Assembly (NCBI GenBank): GCA_965217865.1
Contig: CBDCJO010000002.1
Location: 3,040,001 to 3,104,000, forward strand
Source: Candidatus Latescibacterota bacterium
GTDB lineage: Bacteria > Latescibacterota > UBA2968 > SICM01
DNA length: 64,000 bases
Reading direction: 5' to 3'
Positions 1-9,434 of this stretch are shown here, in pieces. The notes beneath the pieces are model-generated. The model worked only from the letters and a program-made list of their open reading frames with translations. It ran no database searches and was not told the origin of the DNA. The translations under genes were made by a program, and so were the position numbers. Positions within the stretch are counted from its first letter, which is position 1. Each line of letters starts with the position of its first letter.

Positions 1-212
1 GATGCTTCGTGCTTTTGGAGGAGGGAGAGGAACAGCGGATCCGTCGTTTCACGACAAACCCGGATGCCTATCCCGCCCCGATCAAAAATGGGGATACCCT
101 CGGGAGCCTGATCGTCTCCCTGGGGGATAGCGTCCTGTCGACGGTGGAGCTGGTGGCCAACCGCGGGGTTCCGCGGATGACGACTTGGGAATGGGTCCGG
201 AGCTGGTTGTGA
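1..212 (+). CDS. 3' end of probable D-alanyl-D-alanine carboxypeptidase (PBP5/DacA C-terminal domain), truncated by window edge
   Basis: APIKNGDTLGSLIVSLGDSVLSTVELVA resembles the PBP5_C domain; ends in an amphipathic helix (WEWVRSWL). Confidence 0.6.
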   Translation, partial: CFVLLEEGEEQRIRRFTTNPDAYPAPIKNGDTLGSLIVSLGDSVLSTVELVANRGVPRMTTWEWVRSWL

Positions 213-234
213 GTTTTTTGGGGGAGGGATCTGT

Positions 235-1956
235 TCAGGCAACCGGGGCCTTCTCAGGTTCCTGAGCGACCGGGCGCCTGGGCTCCTGAATCTCCTTGGC
301 CTGGCTTTCGAGATGGGCGATCAGGCCGTTCAGGGTATTGTGGACCTCTTTGAAATACGAATTCTCTTTAAACGATCGAATCATGAGCCAGCGGTCAAAA
401 CAGAAATCGTCCATCGAATATTCGGCGGGATCGTACATGTAACGGACACCGAAGGCCAGCATCCGTCCTTCGCCGTTTTCCTCATCACGCTCCACCTCGG
501 TGCGGACGATTTTGCCGATGATCTCGAATTTCAACGGGAGGTCGGGTTTGTAGCTCTCCGTATCCCTGTTGAACCTGAGTCTGGGGTGGAAGGTAATCAG
601 AAAGCCCGTGTTCTCCAGAATCTCCTGCTGCTCCTCAAGGGTGTTGGCTTTGTCTTCGTTTCCGAAGACATACGCATGAAATTCCTTGCTATTCTCAAAA
701 CGGAGTCCCTGCAGGCTGAAGTCGAGCAACTCGATCGGGAGGTTCACCTCCTGAACAGGTTCTTTTTGGGGCCGGACCGTGACGTTCTCGATTCCCCCTT
801 TGACGACGACGCAGATCATCTCAAAATATTCGTTCTGGCCGTCTGTTGGCGATCGGGAGAAGTAGTGGAGGACGAGCGTATCCCCCTCACCAAGGTGGTT
901 GGGATCCTTCCGATTCCTCTTGGTTTTCATGGATTTCAGCGGCTTCTTGAGGTGGATCGTCCGGCCCGTCTCCTGTGCGCCCAGCCCGAGGACCTCGGAG
1001 AACCCCAGGTCGATCAAGCTCCGTTTATTCGTCCGCTCGTCCATGTAGGGTTTGCTCACGTAAACCACACGGTCCTCGCTGTGGTTCATCCGTACGGCTT
1101 CCTTGAAGGCGGCCACGGTCCGTTCGGACTTGACAAGTCCCTCCGGGTCCTTCTCCTTTTGCTTCCCGTATGGGGTCACCTTGAGGGACGTGATGCGGGG
1201 CGGGATGCTCCCCTCGGTTGGAAAACGGAAGTCGGTCTTCTGGATCGATGCATCGAAAAGGATCTGGGGATAGACCCGCATGGAGCCCCGGCCGATCTTG
1301 TGGGAGAACCGGATCGCCTGCCGCTTGTCCCGTTTGGCCACGTTGCTCCGCGGAACCAGGCGGTAACCGGCCCCGATCTTGGGGTCCATATCCTTGAGCA
1401 TTTCGGGCGGGAATCGGATGCGATCCGCGACATCGCAGTTGACCGTGTAAGGGATGCGGTCGTGGAGAAACCAGATGTTGATGACTTCGCCCTGGCCCGT
1501 AAACAGGGCCCGATCTTCGGCCTTGACCCCGTCCGGCATGGAGATGTAAAAAGCCTTGTCCTGAATGAACATTTCACCGTTATGGTGAAAAAGAAGGGCT
1601 CTCCCCACATCCTCGTTCGCGTCCGTCCCGTCCGCCCGCTTCAAGATCGTGCAGTTGATCGAGGGAGGATCGAACTCGACGAGACGGCTCAAGGCCATAT
1701 CCCGGGCCGACTTTTTCTTGGCGACCATCGTGACCATGCTCCCGAAGAAGCCTCTTTTTCCGGCCGTCAGGTCCGTATCGGGAGCGGCATCGAGATCGAG
1801 GCTGCCGGTCCGTTTCCGAATGGTGGAGCGAATGATGTAGATGAGCCCGACAAGGACGAAGGCACCGATCAGGATCATGACGAATGTCGTGTCCTTGCTT
1901 CCGGTCGCCTGAGACTCGAACATCCCGCGATCGAATGGGTTTCTCTTCATGGCCAT
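235..1956 (-). CDS. Membrane-anchored protein with PilZ-like motifs (possible c-di-GMP receptor)
   Basis: N-terminal TM helix; RQAIR (RxxxR), DFSLQG (DxSxxG) and GKIVR...FGVRY strands typical of PilZ. Confidence 0.55.
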   Translation of the reverse strand: MAMKRNPFDRGMFESQATGSKDTTFVMILIGAFVLVGLIYIIRSTIRKRTGSLDLDAAPDTDLTAGKRGFFGSMVTMVAKKKSARDMALSRLVEFDPPSINCTILKRADGTDANEDVGRALLFHHNGEMFIQDKAFYISMPDGVKAEDRALFTGQGEVINIWFLHDRIPYTVNCDVADRIRFPPEMLKDMDPKIGAGYRLVPRSNVAKRDKRQAIRFSHKIGRGSMRVYPQILFDASIQKTDFRFPTEGSIPPRITSLKVTPYGKQKEKDPEGLVKSERTVAAFKEAVRMNHSEDRVVYVSKPYMDERTNKRSLIDLGFSEVLGLGAQETGRTIHLKKPLKSMKTKRNRKDPNHLGEGDTLVLHYFSRSPTDGQNEYFEMICVVVKGGIENVTVRPQKEPVQEVNLPIELLDFSLQGLRFENSKEFHAYVFGNEDKANTLEEQQEILENTGFLITFHPRLRFNRDTESYKPDLPLKFEIIGKIVRTEVERDEENGEGRMLAFGVRYMYDPAEYSMDDFCFDRWLMIRSFKENSYFKEVHNTLNGLIAHLESQAKEIQEPRRPVAQEPEKAPVA

Positions 1957-2084
1957 CTATCCTGATTAGATTTACAGGTTATACCTAAAACTTCCAACCC
2001 CTCTTCCCGACCGTGGTGAATCCCTTTCTATTATCGTCCGATTAGCCCGCCCGCTTCAGTGCCGGACGGATTCCTTTTTTGATT

Positions 2085-4829
2085 TCAATCGACCTTCTGT
2101 TCCAACCTCTCCAGGACGCTTTCCACCTCTTTTACCTCGGTTCCGTAGCCCGCGAAGTCCCCAACCCGGAGCCTTTCCTGGGCCAGACGAAAACGGCGAA
2201 GGGCTTCGGAGGCCAGTTCCCCCCAGCCCGCATCGGTTCCGGTGACAGGGGATGAGGCCACCTTGGACGAGACAGACAAGCCGGGATCGGTCTGCCCAAA
2301 TACGGACGCGAGGGCTTCCCCGAGGGTCTCCTCCATTGCGATTCGCTCACCATTGGAGACGACAACGCGTTTGAGCTCCGGGAGTTCACTCTGCTCCGCT
2401 TTCAGGTAGAGCGGCTCCACATACAGGAATGACTGATGGATGGGAATGACCAGGAGGTTTCCTCTGATGACGCTTGATCCCTTCTGGGTCCAGAGTGTCA
2501 GGGCTTGAGAGATAGTGGGGTCCTGGTCGATGCGGGCTTCGATCTGCATGGGGCCGTAGACAAGTTTATCCTTGGAGAGTCTGTAGGCTACGAGTTTTCC
2601 GTAGTCGGGTTCGTCACAGCGGGCGAAAATCCAGGCGATCATGTTGTCTTTGTTCGCGGGTGTGACGGGCGACATCAAGACGAACTCCTCCCTGTCTCGA
2701 TCCGGAAACTTCATGATGACGTAATAGGATTCCATGTCCTGAGGCCGATCGCCGGCACCGTAGAGTTCTTTGGGTATGCTCCAGACATCCTCCTGATTGT
2801 AAAACACCCGAGGATCGGTCATGTGAAACGTGTTGTTCAAAGCCACCTGGATGTTGAAAAGATCGGTCGGATAACGAATATGCGCCTTCAGTCCACTCGG
2901 CATCCGTTCGATCGGCTGAAAAAGATCGGGAAAGATCCTTTGGTAGGACTGGATGATAGGATCTTCGGGATCCGATACGTAGAGGGTCATCTCGCCGGTG
3001 TAGGAATTCGTGACGACCTTCACGGCGTTCCGGATGTAGTTCGGACCCTGGAACCGGCCCGCAAAGGGCTCTGAATACGGGTACATGTTTGTGGTGGTAT
3101 AAGCATCGTGAATCCAGAAGAGTCCACCGTCCATGATGGCGATGTAGGGATCCCTGTCGTAACCCAGGAACGGGGCGACGATCCGGGTTCGATCTGCGAT
3201 CAGACGGTTGAACAGGATTTGACTTTGAGGCGTCATTTCGCCCAGAACGCTCGACATCAGGATCTTCAGGTCGTCGAACTTCCACGCAAAGGCCGCGCTA
3301 CGAATGAAAGAATTGATCGAAACCCCGCCCCCGCCTTTATAGGTGGTCCTGACATTCGAATCCCCCTGGGGGTAGTCGAACTCCTCGGTCCCGGTTCCGG
3401 TTATGATATAGGCGTCGGTCAACTCTCCGAAATAGACCTCCGGCTGGTTGATTTCTATCCCGACCTTTGAAATCGGGGGGATGTCCTGGATATACAGTTC
3501 GGGGAGCCCCTCGGCGGCGATTTCGTTGACGGGGCTCAAACAGACGCCGTAACCGTGGGTATACATGAGGTGGCGGTTTTGCCAGGTGTTTGCCCGTGCG
3601 GGAAGTTTGGCCGTGGAGAGTTCCCGGGGGGATATCATCATTTGCCGGTATTCTCCATCGATCGTGTAACGATCGACGTCGACATTGGCGAACTGATAGT
3701 AGGGACGAATCTCCTGAAGCTGCCGGTAGGTCTCCTTCAGGGGCCGGGGATCCCACAACCGAATGTTCTTGACGGTGAGCGGGTTGGCCTCCAGGTCTTC
3801 ATACGAAAGGGGTTCGCTCCACGGAAAAGCGTGTTCCTCGATCCGGTCGAGACCGTATGCCCGTCGGGTGAATTCGATGGCGTTCCGGATGTATGGCGTC
3901 TCCTTCGCGAGTTCGTTCGGTCGGACGATAAACTGCTGTACGATTCCGGGAATCACCCAGCTGAGTCCGACCAGGGCTGCGCCAAATGCGATTGCCCCGT
4001 AGAGGGGAAGCTTCCAGTTCTTGAAGTATGTGTTATAGATCAACAGGATCGCTAGGATGACGGAGATGATGGACATGGCCCGGTAGGCGAAGAGCTGAAA
4101 GTTGGCCTCGGAATACCCCGCGCCGGAGATGAGCCCCCCAGACGCATATAGGAGGTCAAATTCCTTGAGGTAATACCCCCAGGCGATCAGCAATACAACC
4201 ACGGAGATGGCGGCAGAAAGGTGCGATGTCACAACCCCCGTCAATTCCCACTGGGTCTCACCGCGTGTGATGGACCGGTCGGTATAGTAGGATAACAGGG
4301 ACAGACCGATCGAAAGAATTGCCGCAAAGACGAGCCAACCCTGGAGATAGTTGATCATCGGGAGGATGAAGACATAGAAACCCACATCCCGCCCGAAGAG
4401 GGGATCTTCCACACCGAAGGAGATGGGGTATTGATAGCGCAACCAGGCCGGCCACATCTGGGTTGAGACGATACCCATCAGGGCCCCGAGGACGACGATC
4501 ACCGCAGCCCATCCGATCCAGGGATGGCGAAGCCTCCACGGGAGGCCGGGGAATGAGTCGGTCACGATGACCCCGAGAGAGCTCTGTCGGGTGTTTCTTC
4601 CGTAGTATCGAGCGATCCCCAGGTTCCCCCCCGCGATGAGCATGAAGAGGGCCCAGGAGATCAGGAAGAGGGAGGACTTGGCCTTCAAGAAGGTGATATA
4701 GACGGATCCGTATCCTATGCTATTGAACCACAACCAATTAGTATAGATGTTGACGCCGAATTTCAGGATGAACAGACCCAGGACGACGACGGTTCCCAAT
4801 ATCAACCAGAAAATGGTTTTTGGGGACAT
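2085..4829 (-). CDS. UPF0182 family integral membrane protein
   Basis: 914 aa, many TM helices; DPLFGRDVGFYVFILP, NIRLWDP, HLMYTHGYG, NYIRNAVK, HIRYPTDLF, RGNLLVIP motifs. Confidence 0.95.
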   Translation of the reverse strand: MSPKTIFWLILGTVVVLGLFILKFGVNIYTNWLWFNSIGYGSVYITFLKAKSSLFLISWALFMLIAGGNLGIARYYGRNTRQSSLGVIVTDSFPGLPWRLRHPWIGWAAVIVVLGALMGIVSTQMWPAWLRYQYPISFGVEDPLFGRDVGFYVFILPMINYLQGWLVFAAILSIGLSLLSYYTDRSITRGETQWELTGVVTSHLSAAISVVVLLIAWGYYLKEFDLLYASGGLISGAGYSEANFQLFAYRAMSIISVILAILLIYNTYFKNWKLPLYGAIAFGAALVGLSWVIPGIVQQFIVRPNELAKETPYIRNAIEFTRRAYGLDRIEEHAFPWSEPLSYEDLEANPLTVKNIRLWDPRPLKETYRQLQEIRPYYQFANVDVDRYTIDGEYRQMMISPRELSTAKLPARANTWQNRHLMYTHGYGVCLSPVNEIAAEGLPELYIQDIPPISKVGIEINQPEVYFGELTDAYIITGTGTEEFDYPQGDSNVRTTYKGGGGVSINSFIRSAAFAWKFDDLKILMSSVLGEMTPQSQILFNRLIADRTRIVAPFLGYDRDPYIAIMDGGLFWIHDAYTTTNMYPYSEPFAGRFQGPNYIRNAVKVVTNSYTGEMTLYVSDPEDPIIQSYQRIFPDLFQPIERMPSGLKAHIRYPTDLFNIQVALNNTFHMTDPRVFYNQEDVWSIPKELYGAGDRPQDMESYYVIMKFPDRDREEFVLMSPVTPANKDNMIAWIFARCDEPDYGKLVAYRLSKDKLVYGPMQIEARIDQDPTISQALTLWTQKGSSVIRGNLLVIPIHQSFLYVEPLYLKAEQSELPELKRVVVSNGERIAMEETLGEALASVFGQTDPGLSVSSKVASSPVTGTDAGWGELASEALRRFRLAQERLRVGDFAGYGTEVKEVESVLERLEQKVD

Positions 4830-4980
4830 GGAAGGACCTCAAAAATATGGAAGGACAGTTACCCCTTAGGATCATTTCCCTCGGAGACGTAAAGATATAA
4901 ATTACAAAATATTTGAAGGGCAGACAAGATAAAATATCGCTTGACAGAGGAGGATTAGAATCTAATATTGACGTTCCACG

Positions 4981-5667
4981 ATGGGCACAATAATGGTTTT
5001 CACAAACGAAGTTTACGCCCCAAAGCTGATCTCGGATCTGACTTCCCTGGGGCATCAAGCATTCGTGGCCGATGACGGTTTCACGGAGGAGGATGTTGCC
5101 CGGAGCCCGGATCTCATCTTGGTGGACGTTCATTCTCCGGAAGCGGACCCCAGCCAGATCTGCCGCACCCTGCGGGACCGGGAGGCTACCCGGCAGGCCC
5201 CCATCCTATTGATGGTGGGAGAGGATCAAGTGAAAGGTCTGGACTTTTCATTCGGGATGGATGATTTTTTGGTAAAACCGTACGATCTCAGGGAAGTCGA
5301 AGCCAGGATTCGACTTATGCTGTGGCGAGACGACCGTGTTGATGAGACCGGAATATTGAAGGTGGGGGACATCTTGATCAATCTTACCCGATACGAGGTC
5401 CGAATTCGGGGAGCCCGTGTTGAGTTGACCCTAAAAGAATACGAATTGCTCAAGCACCTCGTCATGAACCGGAGTCGTGTGTTTACAAGGGGCGATCTTC
5501 TGAATCAGATCTGGGGATATAACTATTACGGGGGGATGCGAACGGTGGACGTACACATTCGCAGGGTCCGCTCCAAGCTGGAGGGGGCCGGGGACAGCTA
5601 TATCAAGACGATTAGAGGAGTAGGATACAAGTTCGAACTTCCATCGGGAGAGGATAACGGGGTGTGA
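4981..5667 (+). CDS. Orphan OmpR-family response regulator, GlnR-like
   Basis: Atypical receiver (FTNE where the acidic pair is expected; LILVD), winged helix LTLKEYELL...WGYNYYGGMRTVDVHIRRVRSKL. Confidence 0.85.
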   Translation: MGTIMVFTNEVYAPKLISDLTSLGHQAFVADDGFTEEDVARSPDLILVDVHSPEADPSQICRTLRDREATRQAPILLMVGEDQVKGLDFSFGMDDFLVKPYDLREVEARIRLMLWRDDRVDETGILKVGDILINLTRYEVRIRGARVELTLKEYELLKHLVMNRSRVFTRGDLLNQIWGYNYYGGMRTVDVHIRRVRSKLEGAGDSYIKTIRGVGYKFELPSGEDNGV

Positions 5668-5671
5668 AAAT

Positions 5672-5783
5672 CTCGAAGCGGCCTAAAATACTGAGGCCGC
5701 TTTGCCGGGCGACAAGGCGGCCACGTATGCCGCTTCAAAACGGGGATGAACACCCCGTCGAAGCAAATATATTAGTGAGGGTA
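5672..5783 (-). ncRNA. Candidate orphan small RNA with three hairpins
   Basis: Lies downstream of a TTGACA-17-TATCTT promoter; three stem-loops, the last terminator-like; no credible ORF. Confidence 0.4.
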
Positions 5784-5788
5784 GGCCT

Positions 5789-5817
5789 AAGATACGACAT
5801 ATCGAATGATCTGTCAA
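5789..5817 (-). promoter_or_regulatory. Sigma-70-type promoter for candidate sRNA
   Basis: Minus strand TTGACA-gatcattcgatatgtcg(17 nt)-TATCTT. Confidence 0.55.
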
Positions 5818-5976
5818 GGGGTTTTTCCTAAAAAATCTGGGAAAAAAGAACGTGAAGCGTATCTCGTGAAACGTGAAGCGGAAGAGCAATATCATGGGGT
5901 CTTTCGAGATGCGCCCACTCCCGTGTAGACATAACGTTTGCTCTAGGTTTGAAACATCGTGGAGGTCAAGGACAGG

Positions 5977-7038
5977 ATGGGTTTGAAGACCGTTGCTTCT
6001 GAGAAAAAAAAGGGAGTCGACACGGCCACGGGGGCCACGATTTGGCAGATGACCGATCACCCTTCGGTCAATCACAATCTCTATTTCCTAAACCCGTCTT
6101 TTTCCGAGGACGGTGAATATCTGATTTTTGTCTCTAACCGCACGGGTTCGCCCCAACTTTTCGTCGCGGAAATGGAGTCGGGAGAGATCACGCAATTATC
6201 GGATATCCCGGGTCTCAACCCGTTTTCAGGCGTAGCGGTTCGAGGCAACAGAGTCGTTTTCACCGCCGGTCAAGAGGTTCGGGCAGTTGGGATCGATTCG
6301 GGAAACGTGGAGACCCTGGCCGCTTTTGAAGGTGCTTCCCTCTCCAACTGCAATCTGAGTTTTGACGGATCCATGGTCGCCACAAACGTCCGACGGAACA
6401 ATCGTAATGCGATCACGGCGGTGCAGGTGGACGGGACTGGATGGAAGACAGTCTTCGAGACGAATGGGGAGGTGGGCCATATCCAGTTTTCACCCCGGGA
6501 GGACAACACCATCCTGTATTCCGGGGATGTCCAACACCGGCTTCGTATCGTTGATTTCGACGGTTCGAACGATCGGCTGCTCTACCCACAGGCTCCCACG
6601 GAGTGGTTCACACACGAGTCGTGGTTGGGCACTGGGGACGAGGTGATGTTTGTTCACTGGCCGACCGCCCTTCGGGCGATTCGGAGAGACGGATCGGGGC
6701 TCCGAACGATCGTGGATTTCACCGCGTGGCATCCCTGCTCTCTGAGGGATGGATCCCTTATCGTCAGCGACACCCATCTTCCGGATATCGGCCTCCAGTT
6801 GATCGATCCGGAAACCGGTTCACACCGTGCGCTTTGTGAACCGAAAAGCTCGAACGCAGGGACACAGTGGGCTTTCGATATTCCGGCCGACGAGGCTCGA
6901 GGGGGGGAGTTGAATACTTACGGGCCCCAGTGGACCCATCCCCACCCCAGCTTCAGCAAGGATGGAAAATGGGTCGCTTTCACATCCGACCGGACGGGAT
7001 GGAGCCAGGTATATATGGTGGAAGTGTCTGAAAATTAA
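5977..7038 (+). CDS. Oligogalacturonate lyase-family / TolB-like beta-propeller protein
   Basis: DTATGATIWQMT, HNLYF, THESW, WTHPHPSFSKDGKWVAFTSDRTG; ATG 5977 follows a GGAGG/AGGA RBS (alternative GTG 5959). Confidence 0.8.
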   Translation: MGLKTVASEKKKGVDTATGATIWQMTDHPSVNHNLYFLNPSFSEDGEYLIFVSNRTGSPQLFVAEMESGEITQLSDIPGLNPFSGVAVRGNRVVFTAGQEVRAVGIDSGNVETLAAFEGASLSNCNLSFDGSMVATNVRRNNRNAITAVQVDGTGWKTVFETNGEVGHIQFSPREDNTILYSGDVQHRLRIVDFDGSNDRLLYPQAPTEWFTHESWLGTGDEVMFVHWPTALRAIRRDGSGLRTIVDFTAWHPCSLRDGSLIVSDTHLPDIGLQLIDPETGSHRALCEPKSSNAGTQWAFDIPADEARGGELNTYGPQWTHPHPSFSKDGKWVAFTSDRTGWSQVYMVEVSEN

Positions 7039-7247
7039 GGCAAATCCGTCATCCGGGGCAATTGTCCGACTGCATTTCACCGAGAAATATGACCGTCGAA
7101 CGCCCAGATTCGGCCATTCGCTACAAAGTTGTTGCTTGGCGAACCCTTCTGGACTATGCTTATCTTATTAAGTTAGAATAGTTTTGATCGAAAGGATCGG
7201 GCTTGTTGAGGCCGACCCCCCCTATACCGTTCAAGGAGGTTTTTTTC

Positions 7248-9164
7248 ATGACTTTCTCCACTGTGATGGAGGTCCTTCTCACGAAGGCAGCCGCTCTGGT
7301 TTGGCCTATTGTTCAGTTCGTCAACACCAAGCTGATAAAACCATCTGCCGCCTTTCAACCCAAATGGGCCCCGGCCCCCCTTCTGAAGAGCAAACAGCGG
7401 TCGATGCCCAAACTGGGTTGGCCTCGTGAGACCGACTCCCTTTGCCCCAAATGTGTCAAAGAGGCCCGTGAGTTGATACTCTCGGGAGAGGCCGATCTGG
7501 ATCTGCTCATTAAGGGACATCCCGGCGAGGTGAAGGCCAAGATTATCGAGCGGGACGGTGAGATCCTGATGGAGAAGACCTGTCCGAAGCACGGTAAGAC
7601 GACGGATGTTATGGCCATCGACCCGAAGTTTCTCGATCGAATCGAGAAACTCTATCCGGGACGGGACTTCAATGCCATCACCGACCTGCACAACCACGGC
7701 ACCTCTTCGATAAAATACGGCCGGGGATCGGTGCTTACCGTGGACCTGACGAACCGCTGCAATATGATGTGCGACCCCTGCTTTATGGACGCCAATCAGG
7801 TGGGGTATGTCCACGAGTTATCTTTCGAGGAGATCCAGAAGATCCTCGACGATGCCCTGACGATCAAACCCCGCAGACAGATGTCGATCCAATTCTCGGG
7901 TGGAGAGCCGACCATCTCCCCTCACTTCCTGGATGCCGTCGCTTACGCGAACAAGATCGGGTATTTCAGCGTTCAAGCGGCCACGAACGGAATCCGGTTC
8001 GCACAGGACCCGGATTTCGCCAAGCGGGCGAGAGAGGCCGGGTTCCGCATGGCCTATCTACAGTTCGACGGCGTGGGGAACGTAAATCACGCGCATCGGA
8101 AGATCAGCAACCTTTTCGACGTGAAGCTGCGGGCAATCCAGAACCTCTATGACGCGGGGATCGATGTCGTGCTTGTCGTCACGATCGTCAACACGATAAA
8201 CGACCATCAGGTCGGGCCGATCATCGACTTCGCGATCGCCAACTCGGACAAGATATCCTTCATCGCCTTCCAACCCGTGTCATTCACCGGACGGGACGAA
8301 GACATAGATGACGAAACGAGGAAAAGACAACGGTATACCCTTTCGCACCTCGCGCACGACGTGAAGAAGCAGACGGGCATCTCCGAGCCCCTGCGAGATT
8401 GGTTCCCGCTGTCGGCCGTGGGGCCGATCTCCGACCTGACGGACCATTTGAAGGGGCCGGCAGCGGAATGGGGGACGATGAAGTGCGGCTGTCACCCGAA
8501 CTGCGGTATTGGAACCGCCCTGATGGTCAACAAAAAGACCAAAAATTGGGCTCCCCTGACCCAGTTCTTGAACGCGGAGCAGATCTTCAAGGATGCACGG
8601 GTCATCGCGGACTCCGCACGCAGCCCCTTCTGGACCAAGTTCCAGGTCTCCCTGAGCGTCCTTCGGAACTATAATCCGATGGAGGTTCCGGAGGGTTTTA
8701 CACTGAAGGCGATGCTTAAAAAATTCGACAAGCAGACGGGAGGGTCACTTGGGGGGAAGATGGGGGCGCAGGACAATGCCGATCGAAAACAGGACGAATG
8801 GCTCATTCTGATCATCGCCGGGATGTGGTTCCAGGATCTTTTCAACTACGACTTCAGGCGGACAGAGATGTGCATCATCCCCTACGGGACACAATTGGGC
8901 GAGATCTCTTTCTGCGCTTACAACACGGGAATCGGCTGGCGGAACATCATCGAAAATATGTATATGAATGCCACCACATCCGAGTGGTTCAAGACGAAGG
9001 GTCGCCATCCAATCTATGCCAACAAGAAGGACGTCCCCATGCCCGAGTACTCGAAGGGGATCGACCTGAAGGTGGCCAATGACAAGGGGGTCGACCTGAA
9101 GGTGGACAGTGACGGATTGATTCAGATCCTAACCGTCGCGGAGGAAACGCAGGCAGCGGACTGA
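7248..9164 (+). CDS. Radical SAM protein, tetraether lipid synthase (Tes/GDGT-MAS) homolog
   Basis: CPKC...CPKH N-terminal metal site, DLTNRCNMMCDPC, QFSGGEPT, FQPVSFTGR, CHPNCG, GMWFQD, CIIPY, FCAYN; AAGGAGG RBS before ATG 7248. Confidence 0.8.
   Translation: MTFSTVMEVLLTKAAALVWPIVQFVNTKLIKPSAAFQPKWAPAPLLKSKQRSMPKLGWPRETDSLCPKCVKEARELILSGEADLDLLIKGHPGEVKAKIIERDGEILMEKTCPKHGKTTDVMAIDPKFLDRIEKLYPGRDFNAITDLHNHGTSSIKYGRGSVLTVDLTNRCNMMCDPCFMDANQVGYVHELSFEEIQKILDDALTIKPRRQMSIQFSGGEPTISPHFLDAVAYANKIGYFSVQAATNGIRFAQDPDFAKRAREAGFRMAYLQFDGVGNVNHAHRKISNLFDVKLRAIQNLYDAGIDVVLVVTIVNTINDHQVGPIIDFAIANSDKISFIAFQPVSFTGRDEDIDDETRKRQRYTLSHLAHDVKKQTGISEPLRDWFPLSAVGPISDLTDHLKGPAAEWGTMKCGCHPNCGIGTALMVNKKTKNWAPLTQFLNAEQIFKDARVIADSARSPFWTKFQVSLSVLRNYNPMEVPEGFTLKAMLKKFDKQTGGSLGGKMGAQDNADRKQDEWLILIIAGMWFQDLFNYDFRRTEMCIIPYGTQLGEISFCAYNTGIGWRNIIENMYMNATTSEWFKTKGRHPIYANKKDVPMPEYSKGIDLKVANDKGVDLKVDSDGLIQILTVAEETQAAD
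9054..9113 (+). repeat. 30-bp imperfect tandem duplication in radical SAM C-terminal tail
   Basis: KGIDLKVAND / KGVDLKVDSD. Confidence 0.85.
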
Positions 9165-9169
9165 ACGTG

Positions 9170-9233
9170 GTGGTCAAACAAGAGGTGGCTCGTCGCCCCG
9201 GGAATTAAAAGGGCGCCGGACCACCTTTTTTTT
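9170..9233 (+). terminator. Probable intrinsic terminator after radical SAM gene
   Basis: GGTGGTC...GACCACC pairing followed by a long T-run. Confidence 0.5.
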
Positions 9234-9434
9234 GTGAGCCGAGGGGGGCGGTCGACAAGGCCGACCGACTCACCCTCCGCCGCGGTTGGGATTCCCGGAC
9301 GCCCAGCCCTCGATAGAGGTTCCGGGCATCTTTGTTTTCGATGTGACAAAGGTATGGCCCCCCCTTTCAATTTTTATTATATTCATGGACCGTTCTCTAC
9401 GCCAATCGGAGTCCGTATTGATGGGGGAAGGATT

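Noticed and set aside
313-1965. 550-aa plus-strand ORF
   Set aside because: Antisense shadow of the minus-strand gene; no motifs
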